Assembly: GCF_018350175.1 (NCBI RefSeq)
Contig: NC_058382.1
Location: 60,142,001-60,206,000, forward strand
Length of the DNA stretch: 64,000 nucleotides
DNA from: Felis catus
Taxonomy: Eukaryota
Direction of reading: 5' to 3'
Made by a program: the position numbers and the translations under genes. The notes below the pieces were generated by a model, which saw only the letters and a program-made list of their open reading frames with translations, was not told where the DNA came from and did no database searches. This document shows positions 48,901 through 61,369 of the stretch, piece after piece (within the stretch, counting starts at the first letter, position 1; the number at the start of each line of letters is the position of its first letter).

Positions 48901-49370
48901 TCTCTCTCTTCCTCCTCCTTTCCTTCTTTCCCTCCTCCTTTCCCTCCCTCCCTCCTTCCTTCCTTCCTCCTCTCCCTCCCTCCTTCCTCCCTTCCCTCCT
49001 CCCTTCCCTCCTTCCTTTCTTCTCTCCCTCCTTCCCTCCTCCCTCCCTTCCTTCTCTCTTCCCTCCCTTCCTTCTCTCCCTCCCTCCTCCTTCCTCCCTT
49101 CTCTCCTCTCCTCCTCTCTTCCCCCTAACTTTCTTCCTTTCAGTCTTCCCTCCTTCTTCCTTTCCCTCCTCCCTTCCCTCCCTCCCTCCATCCCTCTCTC
49201 CCTCCCTTCTTCTCTCCCTCCTTCCTTCTCTCCCCTTCCCTCCTCCCTTCCCTCCCTCCTCCCTTCCCTCCCTCCTCCCTTCCCTCCCTCCTCCCTTCCC
49301 TCCCTCCTCCCTTCCCTCCCTCCTCCCTTCCCTCCCTCCTCCCTTCCCTGCTTCCTCCCTTCTCTCTATC
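48901..49370. repeat. Polypyrimidine/polypurine low-complexity tract (CCTT/CCCT-type)
   Basis: About 470 nt that are almost entirely C/T on the + strand. The distal part is a tandem 16-mer (CCTCCTCCCTTCCCTC). Confidence 0.97.
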
Positions 49371-49834
49371 CATCTCACAGACACACCTGTAGGATTTTTT
49401 CCTGCGGCTGGCTGGTTAGTTACGCCCCTGTATCCCTGTATTGAAAGGCTGTCCTGGAGCTTTCAAAGGTGATGCGTTTCTTCTAGAACGCTTGATGGCA
49501 TCTGGGAGCCTTTCATCTTTCGCGGGGGCAGTTCCCAGCACGGCCCTGAGGAGCCGAGGCCTTTGGGTGGAGCCCGAGCTCGGTGTCCGTGCTCTCAACG
49601 TGGGGGGCGCCTGCTGTGGGGCTGCTGCTGGGTTTGGGAGCAGAGTGAGCTGGTTCGGTCGATTTTCTCCTCGGTCCTCGTCTCCAGTGTGGCGGTTGAA
49701 CAGATGAGACGTTAGGCATGTGATCCAGGACCGAGAGGCACAGCTTGCTCTCCTGTCTCCTCGGGTAGAGCTGCCTGACCTGGGCTCAGGTCCCCGCTGT
49801 GCCTGCTCTAGTGCCCTGATGGAAAAGGTCCTTT

Positions 49835-50028
49835 AAGTTTTTTGTGATGTTTATTTATTTTTGAGAGAGACGGAGTGTGAGTGGGGGAGGGGCAGAGAGA
49901 GAGGGAGACACAGAATCCGAAGCAGCTCCAGGCTCTGAGCTGTCAGCACAGAGCCCGATGCTCTGAACTGTGAGATCAGGACCTGAGGTGAAGTTGGATG
50001 CTTAAATGACTTAATGCTTAAAGGAGCC
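49835..50028 (-). mobile_element. Can-SINE with an altered head
   Basis: tttatttatttttgagagagac…gagctgtcagcacagagccc…gagatcaggacctgag. Imperfect TSD aaaaggtccttt/aaagggtccttt. Confidence 0.9.
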
Positions 50029-53000
50029 AAAGGGTCCTTTTTACCAGATTCTGACTCAAACCACCACAAAATGCACACACGTCAAGGACTGTAACTCGAG
50101 AACTCGGAGGCGATCTCAGAGCCCCGCGCTCGGGCAGCCGGGACTGCCGGCTGGGATTTGCTGACGGACGCGAGGCCGGCCTGTTGGTGCACGCTGGCTC
50201 CTCTGCGTTTCTGGGACCGGGGCCACCTGCACCGTTACCTTCGGCCTGTCGTGCAGAGAACAGCCCAGACGGCCAAGGGCGGAGCGTCGGGCTGCGCACG
50301 TCGTCGGCGTTTCAAAGCGTGCTGCAAGTTTTCCTGACACTTGCAACTCTGCTGAACAGTGACGCCGTTTCCCCAACCCTCGGGTGGCTTTGTGGAAGTG
50401 GGTTTGTGCGAGGCGTGTGCCCCCGGGGACCCGGGCCGTGGCAGCCCAGGCTGTGGCTTCTTGGTCGGCTCCTGGCTCGGCCGGGAAGCCGGTGTGAAAC
50501 CCACTGCCTCCGACCCCGGCCCAGCACGTCAGCAGCCTGCGGCGCGTTCGCCGCCACAAGCACCGCCGCGCCGAGCCTCACAGCGCTTCCCAGGGCACCC
50601 GCTCCCCTCCCAGGCCAGCCGCCCAGAGCAGCCAAGCGCGGGAGCGTCAGCACCGCCCCTGGCTCCTTAGGAGTCGGAGGTGGACGCCCGCGATCCACTG
50701 CGGGGGCCGACGGCTCGGGTGCGTTTCCACAGACGTGGGGTCGGCGAGAAGGAGACACGGGTGCCGAGAACCTGTCCTGCCAGGCGACCGTCTGCCCACC
50801 GTTGGGGCCGATGCCGGACCGCCGCCCGTGAGTCAGGAGTCAAGAGGATGGGCAGCCGGGGCCTGTTGGCTGCACCGCTCGGGCGGCTCTCCGGGGCAGG
50901 AGAGTCCGCGTGTCACGTTCGCCTGTTCGGGCCTGACCGCTCCGGCGCGGAAAGCGCCCTCTTCTGGGAACAAGGGGGGCGGGGGCCAAGCGTCTGGGCT
51001 GGGGTCGGGGATGCCCTCACGACGGGACGGAGCCCTGCCTGCAGGGTGGGGGGGTCTGGACAGGGTGCTGACTAAGCAGCCTGCACGTGGGTGGACGGGT
51101 CCCGCAGCAGGTGGGTGGGGAAGCCCGCCGGCCGCCCTCGGCTTTCCCCGTTTCCGGCCCACGTTGATCTGGAGGACTGAACGGTCTTCTGAGGAGCCGG
51201 CGCGGGCCCGGGGGAGGGAGGCCTTCCCGGCGGAGTTTCAGAGCGCTGGCGCGCTCCGGGTCGCACAGGAGGTCGTGGACCCTTCTGCCTCGTGGGCGTC
51301 ACAGAAACGGCAGATGGAAAATTCATCTGTGCCTGGGAGCTTTGTTTTCGTTTCACACAGTGATGTCATCGGGCCCTTTAGGGAGGCCCTGCTAGCCAGA
51401 GGGCTGGGAAAGGAAGCGAGGTGCCCCCCACCCCCCCCCCCCAGGACCACAGGCAGCTGCGGGAAGTGGTCGGACATCGTTCCCGGCACCTGAAAACTCC
51501 GGGCGGGCGGCAGGGCCGGAGGCCGGCGTCCCCGGGCCGCGGGCGGCTGCGCTTTGCCAGGAATGAGGTTCCGCCTGAACCCCAGAGCTGGCGCCCAGCA
51601 CGGGCGGGAGATGGCACCGCCCTCCGTCCGCCAGCGCCCAGCTGGGCTCGCGGTTCTCCGGTTCCCACCCCGAAAGCCACGAGTCACCGCCGGCCCAGGG
51701 TGGGCCTCGCGGGCGAGGACATGGGGTTCCCGTGCTCCCTCACCGAGCTGGCTCTCGGTGGGCAGAAGGCACGGAGCGCGGCTAGAAAACTCGAACAGAT
51801 GGCAGTTGGGAGGCAGAGGTGCCGGTTGCGGAGGAGGGGGGGCCTTGCCAAGGGCGCCAGGGAAGCCCGAGCAGAGCGCCTCGCCGAGGCTGTGCCTCCC
51901 GGTGGTCTTTCTTGGACCTCGGCCACGGGGGTTGAGTCCTGAGGCTCAGAAAGGCCGCGTCCCGTCTCCCTCCCTCGACGGGGCGAGAGTGAACGCCCGC
52001 GGGGTCTGCGCTGTGCCTGCTCTGACCCCGATGTTTGTGAAAACCCTCCGAGACTTTAACGTGTTTTGCAGACTTCAAAAAAGACTCAAATCGTTTAAGA
52101 AATTTGTCGAAAGTCAGACAGAAACCAGACACCAAGTGGCCGTCTCACTGGCTGAGAACTCAGAACCGTTGATGATGACACCGGACGGGCTGACGTGCCC
52201 AGCGTTCAGAGTAGCGTGAGCTGCACAGGGACGCCGTCGTCCTTGAACGGGCTCGCCTGCGACCACACGGCTCTTAGCGCCCGGCCGAAGTCCGTGATGC
52301 CGGCTCACGTCCTCCGTCCTGCCCTGGGCCTGCGAGAGAGCCAGGAGGGGACATCCCACAGGTCGTTAGCACGTCCATTTTACTCCAGTGACCGGAGGAC
52401 AGTGAATCGTTTTGCTGTCGCCTTCTTGACCCCTAATTGGCAGAGCAGTTGCGAGACCACGTATCGCGGTTCCGATGTAACCGTGTAAAAATTAACACTG
52501 GGCCCCTGCTGGTGTCCGGTTTACCCTTTATCGTTCAGGCGTGTTTTGTCACACTATGCCTCTTCCCTCTCGACTCACCGGCCACTTGAGTAGAGGTCCC
52601 TGCATTCCCCCCCAAAGCCATCTGCCTCCCGTCCTCAAACCCGCCGGGCAGCTGGGAAGGTGCAGCATGGATCCCGCCCCCCGGGCCCACCCCACTCCCG
52701 CCACCGGAGGATTTAAGGCCAAGCCCAGCCCGGCCCGAGTGGCAAGTCGGGATGTCGTCGGCTGCATCCGCTGTGAGGGCCCCGCTTGCCTCCACGCGGG
52801 GCTCAGCTGCGTGCTGATGAGCCGTATCCGAGATGGGGATTGCGCGGCAGTGCCTGTGGGATCTCGTTCCTTCTGTGAGGCTCAGCTCTGGTCCTTTATA
52901 GTTTCCATAAAACTATAGACTCCCGTTGGGGGTCCAATAAATGGTGAATAAAAGGGCGAGGGGACACCCAGTGTTTGTCCTTCTGAGCCGCAACCTCCAA

Positions 53001-53147
53001 AAAGCCACACGCGCTGTCAGCACGGTTATGAGCGTGAGGGTTTGGCCGTGCACTTGGGTGCTTGACTCTGTGTCAGTCACTGTGGTTTTGACACCGGAAG
53101 GATGCTGTCACCAGCCTGCGGGAACCCTTCGGGACGTGCCTGTGTCT

Positions 53148-53379
53148 ATTTATTTAGTTTGTTTATTTTGAAATTTTTGTAATGTTTTATTTCTTTTTGA
53201 GACAGAGAGAGACAGAGCGTGAACGGGGGAGGGGCAGAGAGAGAGAGGGAGACACAGAATCCCAAGCGGGCTCCGAGCTGTCGGCACAGAGCCCGACGCG
53301 GGGCTCGAACCCACGGACCGCGACATCGCGAACTGAGCCAAAGTCGGACGCTCAACCGACTGCGCCCCCCAGGCGCCCC
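53148..53379 (-). mobile_element. Can-SINE (SINEC_Fc-like)
   Basis: Full body ending …ccccaggcgcccc, with ctgtgtct repeated on both flanks. Confidence 0.95.
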
Positions 53380-53591
53380 AGATTCTGTGTCTTTTCAAGT
53401 TCTCATTTTCTTATTTTTATTTTCTCCTATTAAATACTTTTAGTCACTTGAATTTTGTGTGTTGATGAGTCTGGACAAGCTTATACACGTGTAACCAACA
53501 CCAGTATCCAGGGTAAATCCTTTTCGTCCCTCACACCGTCACCCCACCTTATCGGCTTCCTCTCACATAGATCGGACGTGACCGTTCTGGG

Positions 53592-53647
53592 GTCCTACTA
53601 AGTGGAGTCTTACTAAGTGGAGTCCTACTAAGTGGAGTCCTACTAAG
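53592..53647. repeat. 15-bp tandem repeat (GTCCTACTAAGTGGA)x3.7
   Basis: Units at 53592, 53607 (one substitution), 53622 and a partial unit at 53637. Confidence 0.95.
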
Positions 53648-54389
53648 GACCCGTTGTGTGCTTTCATGCAGTGGGATGTGCGTGAAAATCCCCACGGGGG
53701 ATTGTCTGTCAGGCGTCCTCCTGTGTGCAGTTAGCAGCATCCCACTGTGTGCATGCACACCACTTTGTCTGTGCACCCCCCCCCCCCCACCTTGGCGCGG
53801 GCCCGTGGGCCGTCTCCAGCCTGGGGCTGTGGGGCACAGAGCTGTGAGCACACACTGCCAGTCTGTGCGCGGACGTGTGTTTTCATTCCCCCCGGGCCGA
53901 CCCCTGGGAGGGGCTGTGGCCTCTGAACAACGAGCTCTACGAGCAGCTGCCAGACTGTTCTCCAAAGCGGCCGCTCCCTGGGCATCCCGGCCACCGACGT
54001 ACGGGGGTTGCAGGTGTGGGGGCTGGGACGAGGGTGGGGCCCCTGCAGACTCTGGGAGGTGCCCACCCGCCCCTCCCTGGCCCCCGTGCTGCCGGCCGGC
54101 ACACTTGCCACTCTGGGTATTGTCGGTCGTTCCAGCGTTTCCTTTCAGCTGTCCTGGCGGTCGTGTGGGCATCGTAGTCCGCCCATCTGCCCGTCCTGTG
54201 GGCCCATCCGCACCGTCAAGGAAGGGTCTGCTTAAATCTTTTTACTCCCTTTTTATCGGGATGTTTGTGCTCAGTATGGAGCGTTGAGAGCTTTTCGATT
54301 TGGCCGGACACGGTCCTTTCTGAAGTGTGTGTTTGGTGAATATTTTCTCCTGGTCGCTGGCTCCTTCGTTTTCTTAATCACGCCTTTTG

Positions 54390-54609
54390 GGTTTTTTTAT
54401 AATTTTTTTTTTAACGTTTATTTATTTTTGAGACAGAGACAGAGCATGAACGGGGGAGGGTCAGAGAGAGGGAGACACAGAGTCTGAAGCAGGCTCCAGG
54501 CTCTGAGCCGTCAGCACAGAGCCCGACGCGGGGCTCGAACTCACAGACCTCGAGATCATGACCTGAGCCGAAGTCGGCCGCTTAACCGACTGAGCCACCC
54601 AGGCGCCCC
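54390..54609 (-). mobile_element. Can-SINE (SINEC_Fc-like), full length with TSD
   Basis: Near-consensus body. The 14-bp TSD aatcacgccttttg is at 54376-54389 and 54610-54623. Confidence 0.97.
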
Positions 54610-55440
54610 AATCACGCCTTTTGAAGAGCAGAGTTTATCAGTTTTGTTTTGTTTTGTTTTTTACAGCTCATGGTCTTTTGTGTCCTCTCCAAGGACTCTC
54701 TGTCCATCCCAAGGTCGCAAGCAGTTTTTTAGGTGTTTTCTTCCAGAAGTTTTAAATGTCAAGCTTTTCCATCTGGACGTATGATCCGTCGCAGGATGAT
54801 CTTTGTGTCTGGGCTGAAGCAGGGGTCGAGATTCATGTACGTTTTCACATGGACGTGCACCTGGGTCACTCCGTTTGTTAGAAAGACCGTTCTTTGCCCC
54901 CGTTCTTTGCCCCCAGCACCATGGTGGCACCTGGTTGGGAATTCAGTGGCCGTTTGCCGGGGGGTCTGTCCCTGGCCCTCCTCCTTCCATCCGTGTGTCC
55001 GTCCTTACGCTAACGCCACACCGCCCTGATTACGGTAGCTTTCGTTACGTGACTTCCAAATTGGTTCTTCTTTCTCAGAAGAGTTTTGGCTGTTACCGAT
55101 CTTTTGCGTTGCCCCGTGACTTGTAGACTTGGCCTTTCAGTCTCTGCAAAAACAGCCTGCTGTCCTTGGATCTGTTGAGCACTCTGGGAGGAGTCTGTCT
55201 CACTGTGCTAACTGCTCCGATCCACACGGAGTTGGCTACGTCCTTCATCGACGCGTCCTCTAGTCGTGTCCGCGGTGGCCTGTGTCGCCGGGTCGAGCCT
55301 GTATTCTGCTAACAATCCAACTGTATGTGACATTTAAATTTTTTCTCAATTTCCAATCCCTTGTGTGTGTACAGAGAAATACGGCTGATTTTTGGTACTG
55401 ACCTTTATCCTGAGACCTGCTTGCTTGCTTTATCCGTTCG

Positions 55441-55478
55441 TTCATTCATTCATTCATTCATTCATTCATTCATTCATT
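55441..55478. repeat. (TTCA)9 microsatellite
   Basis: Perfect tetranucleotide run. Confidence 0.95.
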
Positions 55479-57322
55479 TTGTAATCCCATAGGGTCATCT
55501 AGGTAGACGTTCGCACTCTCTGAGTAGAGGTTCGTTAATGTCTGTTTCGGCACCGGCTAGGACCCTGGCACCACGTGACGTGACCGTGAGGAGACGGACG
55601 CCCGGCCGTGTATCTCGCCACGGAGGATGGCGTGAGCTCCGGAATTCACACGGACACTGATCTAGGGGGCTTTCGTCCGTCCCGAACTTGCTTGGAGTTT
55701 TGTCACAATTGGGCGCTGAGTTTGGTGGACAGCTTTCACTAAACCTCTTGAGAGGGATCTCACTGTTTTTCTCCTGTTTCCCGTTTGCATGGTGAGTCGC
55801 CTCGGCCGGTTCTCAAACAGGGAAGCCAGCCTTTCCTTCCTGGGACCCACGCCCCCGGCAGCCACAAGTGGTCATTCTCACACGTTGCTGGCCTCGTGTC
55901 TGCTTGTGAGAGGTTTGGGTCCTGTTTGCGTGGAACGTCACCTGGTGCTGGTGTCAGAGTCACGTGAGTAAGGAAACCTCCTTCCTCCTTTATTTCGGAG
56001 CGACTTTGTGCAGTCTGGAGTTGCCGCCTTCCTCCGGGGGCTGGCAGATCGTAGGGCTGGACCCACCTGCCCCGCAGGACCCAGCATCAGCCTGTGTCCG
56101 TCGCTTTTATTTTGCGGTTACTCTGTGTTTACTCCGAGGAGTCTGACGACGTCCTCTGCAGCCGCGACAAGCTAGGTGTCTGTGCACATGTTTGTGCTTA
56201 TAAGTAGGTCTCGGGGTCTTTAGACTTAGTAGTGATCGTGCACGGAGGTGGGGAGACTGTGCATCTCCTGGGAGGCTGCCCTCCTGGGGGGCTGTGGTGG
56301 GGCTGCCGTGCACCCTGGGGGCGCCCGCCAGGTTCGGGCTGTAGGTGGGGCGGGGCTCCTTCCGATTTGGATTCTACACTGGGAGGTGGTGTCGGCCACA
56401 AGTGTGCATAGGAGGAGAGCTTTGTTCCTGAAGCAACACGTCCCTCCTCCCTCAGGACAAAGGAGCCCTCAGGGGGCCGTCCCAACACTGAAGAGTGGAG
56501 CTGATTTTTGAACGCCTCCCCCAGAAGTGGGCACCAGAGCCTGCAGGCTAGAAGCTGTCTGTGTAGACTATGGTTTCGCGATGTGTGTGTTCTGGAAGGG
56601 CGGCCGGGGCTGGCTCTCTCGCACCCTGGGGTCTGTGCAGGGGGGCGGGGTCATGACTGCCCACGCCCCGGGAGGGACGGCGGACAGCGGCTGTGGTGCG
56701 AGCCCGATGGCGACCGGGGCACTGGCTGGTGCTGCCCTCTGGAACGGCAGCACGTCTCCCACGACGGGGCCATGAAAGTCACGTTTAACTGACCGGTTGA
56801 ATTTCTTTTTGCTGACCTGACCCTCCGGCCCGCAAAGGAAGTCGATGCTCCGGGAAGACGCACCTGCCGCCGCTCAGGAGGTGCTGGCCCCGCTTCCCAG
56901 AGTGCCGCCCCAGAACGCTCCGGAAGTCCTCCCCACCCGTGGGACCCAAGCTTCTCGGTGCAGGTGCTCCCTATGTGGTGTGACGTCTCAGCCCCGTGGC
57001 TTTGTGGCTCCGTCCCCCCCCGAGTGCCAGCGTTTGCTCTGGGCACCTCCTCGCCTTCTTGAGAGGGACTGGAGACTCCCAGGGCTGCCCAGGGAGGAGG
57101 TCAGGGGTCCCGGCTGCCCCCCACCCCGTGAATCTGCCCCGTCCGAGGAGGCGGAGGCAGGCGTGACCGCCTGTTCTGGAAAAGCACGCCCTGCGCTCAA
57201 GGTGCTGAGAGAAAAGAACAGAGCAAACCCTTCACCCCACTGGGGACCGTGTACCCGGGATGCACACACGCAGTACACGCTTGGAGAAGTGGTGCCGCGC
57301 TCGTAGATCTACGTAAAGGTCC

Positions 57323-57560
57323 CGGCGCCGTGGCAGCTTCGCCAGTTGAGAATTCTGGTCTCGGCTCGGTCGTGATCTTGCAGTTTGTGAGTTGGAGCCC
57401 CGTGTTGGGCTCTGTGCTGACAGCACGGACGATGGCACGGAGCCTCCTTGGGGTTCTCCCTCCCTCCCTCCCTCCCTCTCTTTCTCGCCGCTCCTCCCCT
57501 GCTCGAGCCCCTTCTCTCAAAATAAATAAACACTAAAAAAATGGTTTAAATAAAAATAAA
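57323..57560 (+). mobile_element. Can-SINE, diverged
   Basis: gtgagttggagccccgtgttgggctctgtgctgacagc…ctctcaaaataaataaacactaaaaaa. Confidence 0.88.
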
Positions 57561-58135
57561 CCTAGCATAAAGGCTGGGAGTAAGTACGAGGAGTCAATAG
57601 AAATAATTCGCGATATCCCGACAGCGCGCGAAATCCCCCGGACAACCGAAAGGTGCCCGATGCGTTCACCCAGACGAGAGAACTCAGCGGTCAGCGAGTC
57701 CGTGCAAACCCGCGCACGTCGCTAGCCTTCTCTGCGCCTCGGGTCCCTTGTCTCGCCGTGACAGTTGCCCGGGGAAGCTGTTCGCGCGGCTGCCCGAGGA
57801 CCCGGCCCTCTCGTTCCTTTCCGGGCGCCCCCAGCTGGAGACTGGGAGTCGGGGGGCACCGTCCCTCCCTCCGCACGTAGGTGATCTGTGGTACGTTAAT
57901 TCCCCCAAGCGCCGACTCTGGGTCTGGTCTCGCGTTGGTTCGGTGGCTGGTGCTTGGAACTCAGTAGGTGATGAATAAATTCGCGTTCAAATGAAGTACT
58001 TGTTTAACCAGCCGTTGAAGTTACTCTGAGGGAAGCCTTGAGGGCCTTTGGTTTGAAGAAGTTGCCAATTTGGGGCAAAACCCTGCCATGTGGCAGGAAG
58101 AGGTTGTTGTAGCTTTCTCTGTGTCTGAATTAAAA

Positions 58136-58246
58136 GGGCGCTTGGCGGGCTCCATGGGCCGGTGGAGCGTGTGACTCCTGATCTCGGGGTCGTGAGTTTG
58201 AGCCCCACGTTGGATGTAGAGATGACTTTAACCACAACAACAAAAA
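58136..58246 (+). mobile_element. Short tRNA-like Can-SINE variant lacking the CT-rich body
   Basis: ggtggagcgtgtgactcctgatctcggggtcgtgagtttgagccccacgttggatgtagagatgactt followed by an A-rich tail. Confidence 0.8.
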
Positions 58247-59837
58247 GGGACTGTATAAACGTGTGGGCGGGGCATCTGCCCCCAGAGCTCACCACGGTCC
58301 GGCCCTTGCCCATCGGTCGTATGGAATCCAGGCGGCAAACCACACGGACGGCAGCCGGTGTCACCGGCGCCGAACGCTCTGGAAGAGGGGGCCTGAGCTG
58401 CGCCCCCACCCCCGGGGTCTCCAGGGAGGATGGAGGGAAGCACTGGGGGCCTCGCAGGAGGCAAGGGTGTCCTCTGGAAAACTCACACCTCACACATAAC
58501 ACGGACGGCTCTGCCGTTAACGTGACAGGCGTGTTCCTAGAAACCACCACACCGTGTGAGCTCCTGCGACAAAACCCGCGAGGCCTGTGGGGGCAATGGG
58601 GCTGGGGCCCAAAACTCAAACCCTGTGTGGGGACACGTGAAGACGGAGCCTCATAAAACCACCGTCCGGCTTCACGTGCGTTCAGGGGTCACACACATAA
58701 GGACCAGGACGAACCCGGCCTGCGGCTCGACAGGTTGGGTCGCGGGCCTGGGCAGGTGGCCGCGGCGGGTGCGGGGGGCTCCGTCAGGGCCGCCCGCGTT
58801 CAGTCTCCTTGTAAAGAGAAAAGTTAGCGCACACATCCGCCCGTTGAATCGCGTTCGAAATGATGGCTCTTCTCAGCCAGAGGCTTTTGGGAAATGAAAA
58901 GCAAAGCAGAAGGGAAAAGAAAACAAAGACTTGGAGCATCATCTAAGCGGCGAGCCCGTCCAGACGCGGACAGAGGCCAGAGGCAGACGGAGGGCGGGCC
59001 GGTGCCTCTCGATGGCCCTTCCTGCAGGACGGTCCTTCCCCGGCCGCCCGCCCGGGGCCCCCTCGCTCTCAGGCAAGGGAAGAAGTGTGAGTGCACGTTT
59101 CTGCAACTGGGAAAATGCACCGGAGGCCCCTCCGCCCGGGAGCCCCTCAGGCGGCCGGGGAACTGAAGTCACTGAGGTCAGGTGGGCCAGCGCGTGTCCC
59201 TGCAGACCTGTTCCCCGGGGTGTCTCCGGGGGCGTCGGCGCGCACTGCCTCCAGGAGAGAACGCCGGACAGTCGTTGTCCCGTCCACCCACTGCTGATGG
59301 CCAGGAGCACGCTTACCCCCAGACACACCCCCTGGGTCAGGATGCCCCGTGACCTCCTGGGGGTGGCCTGGGGCTGTCCCTCTGTCGTCAGGGGCGCTGA
59401 GGACAGTGGTACTTGCTCTCCGCCCCGCAGGACCGTCGGGGTGGGGGGACACCCCAGCCTCCCTGTCTGTTTTGCATCATGGCCTGCAGTCCCGCGGCTT
59501 TAGTCCCTCGCAGCCACACGTTTTGGAAATTACCATCTGCGCCCAGCCTTGCGGTGACTTCAGCCGGCTCGCGCTCCCTCGTGACGACGGCACAGGACCC
59601 GTGGCCCGCCAGCCGCTTCTGCTCAGAGATCAGAGCCGAGAGGGTGTGCAGGGCTGGGGTCTCTCCGTCCTCGAGCGCCCTGGCCTCCGCCCCCTCCAGC
59701 CTTCACTCGCGGGGCCCGCGGCCTCCATGGCCACCACCTCCATGCTGCTCGCCTGGGGGATGCAGCACCGGCACCTGCCTGGCCCGCTTTGCGCAGCTCC
59801 GAGGCAGTGACGTGTCCGTACTTGGGAGGTCCTGCTC

Positions 59838-60330
59838 CTGTGGCTGGCAGAATGGCGTCCCCCCGAAGACGCCCACGTCCTGACCCCCAGAGTCTGCGGC
59901 TGTGTGACCTCACGCGGCCTGACGGTCTTCACGGCTGTGATCAAGGACCCGGGGACGGGGAGGCGGTCACGGATGATCTGGGTGGGCCCGGTGTCCTCAC
60001 AGGGTCCTCACACGGGGGACACGGGGGTTCCGAGAGGAGAGGAGATCCTGGGAGAAGGGGTCACAGGCTGGAAGAGGCCGAGGCTGTGAACACGGAGGGA
60101 GGGGCCGGGGGCCAAGGCCGCGGCACCTCTGGAACCCGGGACAGGCAAGAAAACAGCCCCTCCCTGGAGCCTCCAGAGGGAGCCAGCCTACCCACTCCTT
60201 GATCTTGGCTCCATGAGGCTGGGGCCGTGCCTGACCTCTGCCCTCCGGACGGAGACAATCCATTTGCGTGGCTTCCGGTTACTCAGTCCGTGGCCCTTTG
60301 CGGCAGGAGCCCCAGGACACCGCGACCCCC
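59838..60330. mobile_element. MLT1D-like solo LTR
   Basis: tgtggctggcagaatggc…cacgtcctgacccccaga…, ggatgatctgggtgggccc…, aggcaagaaaacag…ccctggagcctccagaggga…ccttgatctt. Confidence 0.8.
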
Positions 60331-61369
60331 CCGTCCTCTGCCCCCACCCCCCCTTGACCTTAGGCGTGAGCCAGAGAGCAGACCTGCCGAGCGCTGGCTG
60401 TCTCGGGCTCCGCCGGTGGTCAGACGGGATCAGGTGGGCCACGCGGCCCTGGGCGCCCTCCCGTCCGCCCCAGCCTTGCAGCACGCCACGTGACGTCTCC
60501 CTAGCAGTGCTCCTGTTCTTTCCGGCGCCACCTAAGACGGGGCCGTCCGGTGTCACCTGTCTGCGGGGTCAGCTCCGGATCCGTGTCGGAGTGTTTTGGG
60601 AACCGTTTTAAGCATCTGTATCTCCTTCTTCGGGATGTTCTCCGCGGTGACAGATATTTATCTTGCGAGGGTGGGTTTGAATTTCGGGACAAAGTGGAAA
60701 CGTCTGGAATGGAAACTCGATGAGTGTCCTTGACAAGAGTGACCGTGCGGTCTGCAAGCCCAACGTTCTCTGGCGCAGGGAGACTAGGGAGCCCTCCCGG
60801 CGGCCCCGGCGAGAGGCAGCGGAGACACAGTGCGCCCTGAGCCGCGGGGGTGCGGCCGGTGCCCGAAACGGGTCCTGGCGGGAGGCCCCGCGTCTAGGGA
60901 CCCCCCCCCCCCGCCCCCGCCATGTGTCCATTCTGTCAGCACTGAGGGGGCTGACCTGCCCACCCCAGGGTTCAGGTCCCAGGAGTACGGAGGGAGGGGG
61001 TGCGCACTGCCCCGATGCTTCGGTAATCCCTCCCTGTGGGTTCGGTGACGCGGGCTTTTCCTTTTCAATGAGCGTCGCCACTTACCGTCTTTGCACAGAT
61101 GTCCCTTAAATTCCCTGGGGTAAGTTCCTAGAGGGGCCCACAGAGTCAGGAGCCTTTGGAAGTTGGGACGGATTCCCAAGTGACACTTAAAGTCTGCTGC
61201 GCGAGGGTCCGGCCTGTCACAGGGCCGTGCCACCGGGTGCCGTCCACTCAGGACGTGGCCCCTCTCTGGGGCTTGTCATCGGCCGTCAGTCAGGACTCGT
61301 AGCTGCTTTCCTGTCCTCCGTGCTCCCCAAGCGCCAGGGCGGGTGGCTGCTGGCCTGGGGTGGTGCATG

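Larger units (their letters stand above)
53400..56130 (-). mobile_element. Antisense L1M (MB/ME-like) relic, 3' UTR to ORF2
   Basis: acacgtgtaaccaacacc, ctgccagactgttctccaaagcgg, ttttcttccagaagtttt, gtacagagaaatacggctgatttttg…ctgacctttatcctgagacc. Confidence 0.75.

Noticed and set aside
48826..49444. E/G/R-rich and P/S/L-rich ORFs
   Set aside because: Translations of the low-complexity CT tract.
58136..58215. tRNA gene
   Set aside because: Degenerate A/B boxes, no clean cloverleaf, and an A-rich tail indicate a tRNA-derived SINE.
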